A DNA stretch of 64,000 nucleotides, from contig CAWHCF010000044.1 in NCBI GenBank assembly GCA_963827655.1, positions 192,001-256,000 on the forward strand, given 5' to 3'. Under the pieces are notes generated by a model. It did no database searches. It was not told the origin of the DNA and saw only the letters and a list, made by a program, of their open reading frames with translations. Source of the DNA: an uncultured Acidobacteriota bacterium (lineage in GTDB: Bacteria; Acidobacteriota; UBA6911). Shown piece after piece: positions 9,103 to 18,936 of this stretch. The first letter of the stretch is position 1, and each line of letters begins with the position of its first letter. The position numbers and the translations under genes were made by a program.

Positions 9103-10119
9103 CTACGTTTGAATCCGAACCTTGCGCTTCGCCCTGGCATCCGCAGTTCTGGAGCCGATTTCCAAATGCGCTCGCCCCACCGACCGGAAGATGTTGGGAG
9201 GTTGCCGGGGAGCGCGAAAACGGACGCTGCAATCGGCGCGATCTGTATGATGGCAGTAGACCGCGCGTCCCGATGGCTCTTCGTACTTCGCAAGCACCAT
9301 CTCGGCCCACGGGAGCGTCAGAGCGACAACGACCTCTTCTTCTCCGAGACTCCCTTTCCACTCCCAGGGACTCTCCCACCGCTGTCCCCATGACGTCTCA
9401 GGCCGAAGCTGAAGATGTTTTTCCTTCCAGACCAGATGACCGAAACTCAAGCGATTCATTAGAAAATTCCCGACCAGATGCGGCTGGGCGATCAGTCCGG
9501 TGACGTAGGCCGCCAGGGGATCGCTTCCCTGCTCGAGAAACGAGCTGCAGTGAAACCAGACCCACTCGGCGGGATACCGCCTTCCCCAGGCGTGAATCTG
9601 CTGCCCGGTATCATTGTTGAGGATGAATGAATGATCGCGGATCTGGATCTTCCCCCCGATCGACATGAAGGGATGAGGTGTCAGCACTTTTGAACCAATC
9701 ATGCCCGTCTTGTAGAAAACCTCGGGCAAATAGTGCAGCGGATCAGTCACCGGTTCATAGACCAGGTCCCAGGTTACAGGCGTGCCATTGGCCTCGATCA
9801 TACCGGTCATGCGTCCTGATTGGAGGCTGCAGGGACCCATTTTCAACAGAAAAGGGTAGGGCTCCGCAAAGAACTGGTTCGCAGGGTATATCTGAGCCAC
9901 GGCCACATTCGCATCTCCTAAATCCGGAACATACGACGTAAACAAAACCTGGACGCTGATCTCTTCCCGGCGAGGCACCAGCAGCGAGTACTGAATCCAA
10001 AAGCCTGCTCCCGAGGTCAGCTGGTTCATGGTCGTAGACCAGGTCTCGAAATGAGAACGAGTATGGCCGTCCCAGCGCAGCCGTTTTAGCGGATCCAGTC
10101 GGGTGGCATCATCTTCCAT
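9103..10119 (-). CDS. Hypothetical beta-rich protein (tocopherol cyclase/lipocalin-like fold, tentative)
   Basis: RWDG..HFETW..GFWIQYSL, WDLVY, GQQIHAWGRRYPAEWVWFHC resembles the G-x-x-x-H-N-W-G motif. Start uncertain. Confidence 0.55.
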   Translation of the reverse strand: MEDDATRLDPLKRLRWDGHTRSHFETWSTTMNQLTSGAGFWIQYSLLVPRREEISVQVLFTSYVPDLGDANVAVAQIYPANQFFAEPYPFLLKMGPCSLQSGRMTGMIEANGTPVTWDLVYEPVTDPLHYLPEVFYKTGMIGSKVLTPHPFMSIGGKIQIRDHSFILNNDTGQQIHAWGRRYPAEWVWFHCSSFLEQGSDPLAAYVTGLIAQPHLVGNFLMNRLSFGHLVWKEKHLQLRPETSWGQRWESPWEWKGSLGEEEVVVALTLPWAEMVLAKYEEPSGRAVYCHHTDRADCSVRFRAPRQPPNIFRSVGRAHLEIGSRTADARAKRKVRIQT

Positions 10120-10189
10120 GCTCGTAGAATCGTCCGTCCTGTATTTCTTTCTTAGCGGTGGCTTCTTTGCCGGAGCGAGAATGGTCTGC

Positions 10190-11917
10190 TCAGTCGATTC
10201 TGCTGTACGATTGGATGGCAACCAGACGTAACCCGAGCCCCACCGCAGCCACTCCCAACAAGACCCCCGTCGGGGAAAACATTCCGGTGCCGCTTGCCAG
10301 AATTGCGTACCATACGACCCTCCATCCCAATTCCAGTCGCGCCGCGCACCAGATAACAAAAGTGTAAAAGACCATGCCGGAAGCCCCAATCCAGATGCGG
10401 TTTCCGACTCGCCCTCCGGAACCCTTGCCAAGTCCAGTCAAACCCCAAATCCATGCCGGCAGTGCTAGAAAAGTCACCGTCCAGTAACGGTTGTGCCCAA
10501 GCCCAACGACGATTACTCCCAACAAGACGGTCATCAGGAGTAATTTCGATACAAAGAAATCGGGCCGGGCCAGATTTCGGGTTAAGGGTTTCCCGGCAAA
10601 ATAAAGGACCACGGCGCTCACGATCGCCACTCCCAGAATTCCGCTTACCACTCCCCAGGCCGGATTCTGCAGAACCGGATCTTTGACCGGGGCCGGATAG
10701 AGAGTGTAGCGAGGGATGAGACGCAGAATTCGGAAGAGCGCAATCGAGAAGTATGCCAGCGCGAATGGAAGCGTAGCTGCCAATAACGCAAGCGCTTCTC
10801 GCGCGACGCGCGCCAGATTCAAGTATTTCCGATGGTTTGCAAAATGAAACCAGAGCATCGCAAGAAACGGAACAAAGCTGGCATATTGCAGGCCGGCGAT
10901 CCACGACGGCGCAAGATAACGATCACTTCGCACCCTGAACCATTCCATCGATTCTTGCTCAACCGACGAGAGTGCATCGATCGTTCTCAATATTCCTTCT
11001 GCAGTCTGGCCGAATGTCCTGATACTCCCAACGTTCATGTTTTCGATCAGGTCGCTCTCGGAATGATAAACGGCGCGCTCGCGCCAGCGGTCCTGCGACC
11101 CGCTCCCGAGGTTGATGGCAGGAGTTCCCTCTCGGAGGAAAGGACCCTGGTCGTTCCAGGAGATGAGAAGCGCCCGCTCCAGGTGCTCCCTGAAGCTGGA
11201 CGGTTCTCGCACAGCAAGACCACTCTGACCGGCTGCGCGCCGGGCGATATCCCGCAACCAGGGAGGCGCGTAGCCTCCCATCTGCCCTACGGTGTTAAGG
11301 CGAAGCTCGGCGATTTCGCCCACAGCGACGTAATCAAGCGATATTACTGCCACAATGCGGCCCCGTTCCGAGTAGCTGCGAGCTATGTCCAGCGCGCCCA
11401 GCATCCCCCATTCCGCACCATCCGACGCGACCAGCAGAAGGGTGCGCCGGGGAATCTCGGTCGAAAAAGCGCGCGCCAACTCCAAGAGCGCGCCGATACT
11501 CGAACCATTGTCCATGGCTCCCTGCCTGGTAGTGGGGGCGGTATCGTAATGGGCCATCGCAGCTAGAATCTCGTGGCTTCGCCCCTCTTTGATGGCCAGG
11601 ACATTCCTCCCTACCTGGCGCCGGCTCGCAATAATGGCATCAAAATGTGTATAGCCGACCTCGTAGCCCAATGACTCAAACTGCTGCTTGAGGTATCCCG
11701 TCGATTGCCGGGATTCGATCGAACCAAGCACCCGGCGCGGAAACCTGGTAACGAATTCCCGCGCAAAGCCAAGGGCTTGCGCAGCGTCGAACCGCGCAGG
11801 AGATTGAACAAGTGGAAGAGGGTCTGCCCTGGATTGCACAAACAGGATGCTTGCCAGCCAGCTCAAAAAAACGGCGGCCATCAGGACCATAATGACTCGG
11901 GTTTGTTGTCGATCCAT
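10190..11917 (-). CDS. M28-family peptidase homologue with C-terminal multi-TM domain
   Basis: AHYDT, GAMDNGSS, SDGAEWGMLG, SLDYV, YHSESD; hydrophobic C-terminal half. Confidence 0.8.
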   Translation of the reverse strand: MDRQQTRVIMVLMAAVFLSWLASILFVQSRADPLPLVQSPARFDAAQALGFAREFVTRFPRRVLGSIESRQSTGYLKQQFESLGYEVGYTHFDAIIASRRQVGRNVLAIKEGRSHEILAAMAHYDTAPTTRQGAMDNGSSIGALLELARAFSTEIPRRTLLLVASDGAEWGMLGALDIARSYSERGRIVAVISLDYVAVGEIAELRLNTVGQMGGYAPPWLRDIARRAAGQSGLAVREPSSFREHLERALLISWNDQGPFLREGTPAINLGSGSQDRWRERAVYHSESDLIENMNVGSIRTFGQTAEGILRTIDALSSVEQESMEWFRVRSDRYLAPSWIAGLQYASFVPFLAMLWFHFANHRKYLNLARVAREALALLAATLPFALAYFSIALFRILRLIPRYTLYPAPVKDPVLQNPAWGVVSGILGVAIVSAVVLYFAGKPLTRNLARPDFFVSKLLLMTVLLGVIVVGLGHNRYWTVTFLALPAWIWGLTGLGKGSGGRVGNRIWIGASGMVFYTFVIWCAARLELGWRVVWYAILASGTGMFSPTGVLLGVAAVGLGLRLVAIQSYSRID

Positions 11918-12088
11918 GAGGACTTTGCGTGTCTTCGCGCCTTCGTGGTGATGCTCGTCAAGGCGCGCTACCAACGGACGCCGAGGAAAGCCGGAAGCGA
12001 CGGGCCGCCAGAGTCTAACACAGGATGCTCATGTGCTATCATCCTTCAGCATTAAACACATTTATCCTGGCGTCCTGGAGTCTTCGCG

Positions 12089-13828
12089 GTGAGTAAAACC
12101 GATCCATTCCACAGGGGAAAGAAGCAGGTAGCCGAAATCCTGGAAGAGATCGCCGCTCTGCTTCAAATCAAAGGAGAGAATCCATTCAAAAGCCGTGCCT
12201 ACACCAACGCGGCGCGTGCGATCCGAACGACCCAGGAGGATCTAACCGAACTGGTAACCTCGGGCCGGCTTCAAGAAATCAAGGGAGTTGGCGGCGCGCT
12301 CGAAGAAAAGATAGCCGAAATCGTAACCACCGGGCAGTGCAAGTATCACCAGGAACTGCGAGCTCCCTATCCGCCGGGCTTCATGGAGATGTTGAAGATA
12401 CCGGGATTAGGAACCGGCAAAATGAGGGTGCTCTGGGAAAAACTTGGAATCAGCACGATCGGTGAACTGGAATATGCCTGCAACGAGAACCGGCTTGCGC
12501 TGCTGGAAGGCTTCGGCGAAAAAACCCAGCAGAAAATTCTGAAGGGAATCGACTACATCAAGCGGCATCGCGGCCAGTATCTCTCAAACTTCGCGCTCAG
12601 GGAGGCGACTGCTCTGCTCGAATCTCTGGGCGAGTCGCCTGACGCCCGACAAGTGAGCCTGGCCGGCAGCTTGCGCAGACGCAACGAAATCGTCAAAGAC
12701 ATTAATATCATCGCGAGCTCCCCTGACCCCCGAGCTCTGGTCACGCATTTCGTCGCGCTCCCTCAGATCGAAGCCATCGTGGAGCAGGACGAGACCAGGG
12801 CCACCGTTACCCTGATTTCGGGGATCAAGTCCGACTTGCAAGTGGTGAGTGAGAAAGAATTCCCTTACGCGCTGCGCTATTTCACGGGATCGAAAGAGCA
12901 CAATGCCGCCATGCGCAGGCGTGCTGAATCAATGGGTTTGAAGCTGGATGAGCGCGGCCTGTTTCGCGGAGACGATCTCGTGGCCTGCAGAGACGAGGAC
13001 GAGCTCTTCGCCAGGCTTGGCTTAGCCGATATCCCTCCCGAACTGCGCGAAGATATGGGTGAGATCGAGGCGGCCGAGAAGAACTCGCTCCCCGGCCTTG
13101 TCACGGAAGATGAGCTTCAGGGAATTCTGCATGTCCATTCAACCTATAGCGACGGCACCGGCACGCTGGAAGAGATGATCGTGGCCGCTGTTCGATTGGG
13201 ATACAAGTACATTGGTATTTCAGACCACAGCAAATCCGCCTTTTACGCCCGCGGACTGAGCGAATCGGACATCGCCCGCCAGCAGGAAGAAATCGCGGGA
13301 ATTCAGAAGAGGTTTCCGGAGATCAGGATTTTCAAGGGGATTGAATCCGATATACTGGCCGATGGTTCTCTGGACTATGATCGATCGACCCTCGCGGCCT
13401 TCGACTTCGTGATCGGCTCCATTCACAGCCGTTTCAACATGACGGAACCGGAGATGACTGCGCGCGTCATTCGGGCGATTGAAAATCCTTTCCTTACGGT
13501 ATTGGGTCACCCCACGGGCCGGCTTCTTCTGTCTCGCGACAGCTACCCGCTGGACGTGCGTAAGGTCATCGACGCGGCCGCTGCCAACCACGCCGCCGTC
13601 GAGATAAACGCGCACCCGCACCGCCTCGAGCTCGATTGGCGTTTCGGCAGGTACGCCGCTGAAAAGGGGGCCATGTTGTCGGTGAACCCGGACGCCCACA
13701 ATCCGGCAGCGCTTTCGGACGTGAATTACGGAATAGGAATTGCTCGAAAATCGTGGCTCGGGCGCGCCCAGATCCTGAACTGCCGGGATGCCGACGGCTT
13801 CCTGCAGTTCAGTCTCTCCCGCCGCTAG
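12089..13828 (+). CDS. polX: DNA polymerase X / PHP 3'-5' exonuclease
   Basis: GENPFKSRAY, GSLRR, YFTGSKEHN, IPPELRED; PHP motifs HVHSTYSDG, SDHS, GIESDI, HPTGR, NPDAH. Confidence 0.93.
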   Translation: MSKTDPFHRGKKQVAEILEEIAALLQIKGENPFKSRAYTNAARAIRTTQEDLTELVTSGRLQEIKGVGGALEEKIAEIVTTGQCKYHQELRAPYPPGFMEMLKIPGLGTGKMRVLWEKLGISTIGELEYACNENRLALLEGFGEKTQQKILKGIDYIKRHRGQYLSNFALREATALLESLGESPDARQVSLAGSLRRRNEIVKDINIIASSPDPRALVTHFVALPQIEAIVEQDETRATVTLISGIKSDLQVVSEKEFPYALRYFTGSKEHNAAMRRRAESMGLKLDERGLFRGDDLVACRDEDELFARLGLADIPPELREDMGEIEAAEKNSLPGLVTEDELQGILHVHSTYSDGTGTLEEMIVAAVRLGYKYIGISDHSKSAFYARGLSESDIARQQEEIAGIQKRFPEIRIFKGIESDILADGSLDYDRSTLAAFDFVIGSIHSRFNMTEPEMTARVIRAIENPFLTVLGHPTGRLLLSRDSYPLDVRKVIDAAAANHAAVEINAHPHRLELDWRFGRYAAEKGAMLSVNPDAHNPAALSDVNYGIGIARKSWLGRAQILNCRDADGFLQFSLSRR

Positions 13829-13854
13829 ACCTGGCGTCTCTTTCGTGGTTAAGA

Positions 13855-15193
13855 ATGAAAGACCTTGAAGCAAACCGCTTCCGTCAGCAGGCGGAGGATG
13901 GTTGGTGGTCGCGTGAGCGGGTGCTGGTCCTCGCTCTTTTCATCGCCACGGCGCTCGCCTTTTATCTCTGCTATCTCCTGGCCTACCCATTTCTGCCGGC
14001 GCTCGCCTGGGCCCTGACGCTTGCTGTCGTTGCTCATCCGCTTCACGACTGGATTGCGCGCCGGATTTTTCGTCCCAACCTGGCGGCCGTGCTGGCGGTT
14101 CTCCTGGTTGCGACAACCGTCGTGGCTCCCGGGCTCTTTGTCACGCAGCGTCTGGTGCGCGAGAGCATGAAAGTCGTGGAGACAATCGAGACCGAGGCTG
14201 TGAGCGGGCGGTGGCAGGCTATTATCCAGCGCAACCCTCAGCTCGCTCCGATACTGAAACGGATCGAAGCCCAGATGGACCTGCGCAATGCCGTTGAGGG
14301 CGCCGCTAACCTGGTCACAGAGCGCTTTTCATCTTTCGTGGGAGGATCGGTCTGGTTTGTGGGGGAGTTGCTCATTACCTTTTTCTTTCTTATTCTATTT
14401 CTTGCGCGACCGCAGGCTGGCGCTTAACGCTCTCAAATCAATCATCCCTCTCTCAGACGCCGAGAACGAGCAAGTTTTCCAGCGCGTTGCCGAGACGATT
14501 TACGCGACTGTCTACGGGACACTCGCGGTTGCTTTGGTCCAAGGTTTTTTGGGGGGCATGGTCTTCTGGTGGCTGGGGATAGCCACGCCGTTCCTCTGGG
14601 GTGTCGTGATGGCGCTGCTGGCTGTCGTCCCAATGCTCGGCGCCTTCGTCGTCTGGTTGCCGGTCGCCGGTTTTCTTGCCCTGGAGGGAAGTTGGGGCAA
14701 AGCCTTGTTTCTGATAGCCTGGGGTGGAATCGTGATCGCCCTGGTTGACAATCTGCTCTATCCCGTCCTGGTCGGGAAGCGGCTGCGGTTGCATACGCTC
14801 CCTGTTTTCGTCGCGATGCTGGGAGGTCTGGTGGTATTTGGAGCCTCGGGAATTATCCTGGGCCCGGTCGTTCTGGCCATCACGGCCGCGCTGATTGAGG
14901 TCTGGCGGCGACGCACCGCCGGCGGTCGCGCCGCCGAGGGTGGTATCAAGGACTTCTTTAGGCGCTTAGCGAAACGTTCAAACCAACATGTTGTCGTTCC
15001 GAAGGGGCCTTTCGTTCGGGGCGAAGTCCCCGGACGAACCTTGGAGTCTTCCGAGTCTTCGCGGTTAGTGAGACGGACGGGATTGCGAGTCACTTCAACT
15101 CTGTCACCACAAGCTGGAACGCCATCCCCTTGCTGTCGTGTGACGTCGGTCCCGCGCCTACCGGGCAATAGACTTTGTATGTTCCCGGCTTGA
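13855..15193 (+). CDS. AI-2E family transporter, frameshift near 14390 (3' end uncertain)
   Basis: PFLPALAWA..PLH, LFYFLRD, VALVQG, LVDNLLYPVLVG, GLVVFGASGIILGP. The last ~75 codons run through a repeat and look non-coding. Confidence 0.82.
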
Positions 15194-15563
15194 GGTCAAC
15201 CTGAAGCTCGCCGGTTTCCCCCGGTTTCAGATTCTTGCTCAACGCTTTCTCAAGACCCTGCCCCTGGATTTTCAGGTTGTGAGTTTCCGTGCCGCTGTTT
15301 GTGATCTTGAGAGTCCTCGCTCCGGCTTGGAGGGAAGTCGGCATCTCGATCTTCCATTCTGTCAGATTGACAGTCACAGGTTGTCCGGCTGCCACGCTGC
15401 TCGAAGAAGCAGGCTCAACCCGGTTTTGAAGCGAAGCAGTGGTGGGAGGAGTAGCGATATGTTGATCCATCGCGGCGCATGCGCAAATCAGCAACAGGAC
15501 GCCGGCGCTCAGCGAGGCTCTCAGAACCGGGAGCGTCAGTGCCTTAGATCGATAGAAATACAT
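15090..15563 (-). CDS. Secreted/lipoprotein cupredoxin-domain protein
   Basis: Hydrophobic N-terminus with Cys; TNSGTETHNL..LKPGTYKVYCPV..SHDSKGM (type-1 Cu ligands H, C, H, M). Confidence 0.8.
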   Translation of the reverse strand: MYFYRSKALTLPVLRASLSAGVLLLICACAAMDQHIATPPTTASLQNRVEPASSSSVAAGQPVTVNLTEWKIEMPTSLQAGARTLKITNSGTETHNLKIQGQGLEKALSKNLKPGETGELQVDLKPGTYKVYCPVGAGPTSHDSKGMAFQLVVTELK

Positions 15564-15954
15564 AATCCCTCCTTGACACGTCCAGTAAGCCGGCTTGCTG
15601 GTGATTTGGGCGTTGCGAGCCGGGCGGTGAAGCCGGATCCTTTTACGAAGGATCTTCCATGGTAAGGCAATTTGTTAGCCACAATCGCCGTGCGGAAACT
15701 CTCAGCTGGCAGTCGAATCGGGTTTCCAGCTGGATTGCAACAAATAGAAGGCTTCCTGACGGGAGCTAACAAACAGTGACGACGTAGTAAGTAAGGACCC
15801 CTCGGCAGGGAAAAACACCCTCTTGAGAAGTGAGAAGTCCTCGAGATATTTCAATATTTTCGTTTCTTCAAGGCCGCGACGCCAGTCATCATGTCAGGGG
15901 CGGGGATTCTTTGGAGTGCGCCAGTACTCCAAAATAGGTCACCGTAATTGTGAA

Positions 15955-17669
15955 ATGCGCTACTTAGTTTTTGCGCTGATCTCAATCTCCTTTGCGTCCT
16001 TGTGTCCTGGCGGTTTATTGATCGACTGCAGCTGCCCAATCTTCGGATGGAATCCGTTTCACCAACGTAACGGCCCAAACCGGCATCACCTTCAAGCACG
16101 TATCCTCTCCGGAGAAAAAATTCATCATTGAGTCGATGAGCGGAGGGGCCGCTCTCTTCGACTACGACAACGACGGTCTGCTCGATATCTATTTGATCAA
16201 CTCCCCCACTGTCGCCACAGCCGCGAATCCTCGCAGCGCCCGCAGCGAGCTGTGGCGCAACAAAGGGAACGGCACGTTCGCCGACGTAACCGAAAAATCG
16301 GGGCTGGGATATCCGGGGTGGGGAATGGGCGTTTGCACCGGCGACTTCAATAATGACGGCCGGGAAGACGTCTATGTCGCATGTTTCGGGCCCGATCATC
16401 TCTACCAGAACAACGGCGACGGAACTTTCACCGACGTGACCGAAAGAGCCAAGGTGAACGACTCTCGCTGGTCCACAGCCGCGGCCTTCGCTGACTATGA
16501 CAATGACGGCTGGCTCGACCTGTTCGTGGCAAACTATGTCGATTTCAAGCTCGACAATCTTCCGGAGTTCGGAAAAGGACCAACCTGCCAGTACCGCGGA
16601 ATCGCGGTTCAGTGCGGACCGCGAGGCCTCCCTGGCGCCGGAGACGCCCTCTATCGCAACAACCGGGATGGGACCTTCAGCGAAGTCTCCGGGGCAGCCG
16701 GAGTATCGGATCCGGCCGGACATTACGGTTTAGCAGTTCAGTGGTGCGATTTCAACGAAGATGGCTACGTCGACTTGTATGTCGCAAACGACAACCGGCC
16801 CAATTATCTCTACCGGAACAACGGTAACGGAACGTTTAGCGACATCTCGTTCCAATCCGGTGCGGCACTCACCGAAAACGGGTCGGAGCAAGCCAGCATG
16901 GGGGTGACAATCGGAGACTACGACCATCGCGGCCGCTGGAGTATCTTCGTCACCAATTTCTCCGGCGAGTACGACACGTTGTATCGCCATGAGAAGGATT
17001 TTCGCTTCACCGATGTCTCCCTGGCTTCGGGGACGGCGCTGTCCAATTTCCCCTTCGTAGGTTGGGGAACAAAATTCTTCGATTACGACAACGATGGATG
17101 GCTGGACCTTCTGGTCGTCAACGGCCACATTTATCCCCAGATGGAGAACGCGAATCTCGGAACCACCTATCTGCAACGCAAGCTGCTTTACAGGAACAAC
17201 CGCAACGGCACTTTCGCTGAAATCGGCGAGAGCCTGGGACCGGCGCTGACCGAAAGGACGTCGAGCCGGGGAGCCGCCTTCGGCGATCTTCGACAATGAC
17301 GGAGATATCGATGTCGTGGTGAACAACATCGATGGGGCTCCGACCGTTCTGCGCAACGACGGCGGAAAGAACAATTTCGTGACGATCCGGCTGATCGGCA
17401 GCGAGGGAAATCGTAATGCTTTCGGCGCCCGCGTGAAGGTCGTCTCGGGAGACCTGGCACAGATCGACGAGTGCCGCAGCGGCGGCAGTTACATCTCTCA
17501 GAACGACACGCGCCTGCACTTCGGCCTGGAGGGGAGACCGAATATCGACCGGATCACAATCCACTGGCCTGGTGGAAAGATCGAGAACGTAACCGGTGTT
17601 CCGGCGAATCGCTTCGTGACTATCACGCAAGGGCGCGGCATCACGGCAATCAGGCGCGCCAACAGGTAA
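15955..17669 (+). CDS. CRTAC1-family (FG-GAP/VCBS repeats + ASPIC/UnbV) protein, frameshifts near 16025 and 17292
   Basis: Repeated DYDNDG.LD motifs; C-terminal [25 protein letters not shown]. Confidence 0.88.
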
Positions 17670-17677
17670 CAGGCTTT

Positions 17678-17709
17678 AGAAGCCAGAAGTCAGAAGCCAG
17701 AAGTCAGGA
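17678..17709 (+). repeat. Heptamer tandem repeat (AGAAGYC)n
   Basis: AGAAGCC AGAAGTC AGAAGCC AGAAGTC AGGA just after the stop codon. Confidence 0.75.
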
Positions 17710-17757
17710 TCAAGAATATCATTGAGACAGGCCCGGAGTGTGGCCAATTCGCAGGTT

Positions 17758-18021
17758 GCGGCAGCAAGCTGCCGCCTGGAATTTGGACATTTCGCAGGCT
17801 CGGCGGCGCGCGTGCGGTTACCAGGGCCGAAGGCCCGGCAGTGGATAGCCCCGCCCGCTAGGGCGGGGACTTGCACGACCTCGAGTCCGAGGTCCGAAGG
17901 ACCGGCACTCCGACTGTGTCGCACCTTCGGCGCTCGTTTTAAACCTGAACTCTTTTCCCCGGCCTTACGGCCGGGCCTACGCACTGCCCGCCCTTCGGGC
18001 CTTGCGGCAGCTTGCTTCGCG
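17758..18021. repeat. REP/REPIN-like multi-hairpin cluster
   Basis: GCGGCAGCAAGCTGCCGC palindrome; hairpins GGGCCGAAGGCCC, CCCCGCCC..GGGCGGGG, GGTCCGAAGGACC, CCCGGCCTTACGGCCGGG. Partial inverted copy at 33581-33662. Confidence 0.75.
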
Positions 18022-18048
18022 GAGCAGCCTACTCGGCGGCGATAACCG

Positions 18049-18935
18049 TCACCGAGACTTCAGTAACTCCTGCGCGATCTTGAACTCGCGTTCGGCGTCA
18101 TCCGCTCGCCCCAGACTCTGGTAGGTTTGGCCAAGCATATAGTGGGCGTTCGAATTCCTGGGATCGAGTTTGATCGCCTGTTCCAGCATCTGGGCTGCCA
18201 GGTTGTGAACCCCTTTGGTCTTGAGTATCTTCCCGAGCAGGAGATAAGGTCCGGTGAAATTAGAGTTGAGCCAGATCGACCGCTGCAACGCGGCCACAGC
18301 CTCGTCTAACTTCTGCAAACGTTCCAGCGCCTCCCCCAATCTAAAATGTGCCAGCCACAAGCCGGGGTTGATCGCAATCTCGGCCTGATACTGTGTGACC
18401 GCCTGCTCGAAATTACTCTTGCCCATGGCGGCCTCCGCCAGAACCAGGTGTCCCTGGGGAATACGCGCATCGGCCTCGAGGCTGCGCTTTGCTTCTCCCT
18501 CCGCGTGGTTCCATATTCCCTGCCGCAGAAACATCTGCGCATTGATCAGGAACCCTCGGGCGGAATTCGGCTCCACGCCGAATATCTTGCCGAACAGGAT
18601 TCTTGCCTTTTCCACAGCCGAAGTCTGGATGTAGGAAAGGCCGAGGATGTTTTGATAATTGACGTTGTCGGGGAACCACTGCACACTTTGCTCGAGATAC
18701 GGTATCGCCTCGGAGAGTCTTCCCATGAAGTAATGGGAGAGCCCGGTGAGCTGGACAGCCTGCTTGTCCTCAGGATTTTCTTGAAGCACAGGCCGGAGCG
18801 TTTCGAGTACCTGAGCGTACTCGCGCGCATCATACAGCCGCGACGCTTGCTTGATGCGGTCTTCTTGGTCTGAGGGGCGGCCAGAACCAGCCCGGCGCAC
18901 AGACCGAGTGGCAGCAGGCACGCTAAGATTCTCAC
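18049..18935 (-). CDS. TPR-repeat protein with signal peptide, frameshift near 18872
   Basis: Multiple TPRs (AHFRLGEAL, PYLLLGKIL, AHYMLGQTY). Signal peptide VRILACLLPLGLCAGLVLAA lies in the adjacent frame. Confidence 0.8.
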
Positions 18936-18936
18936 A

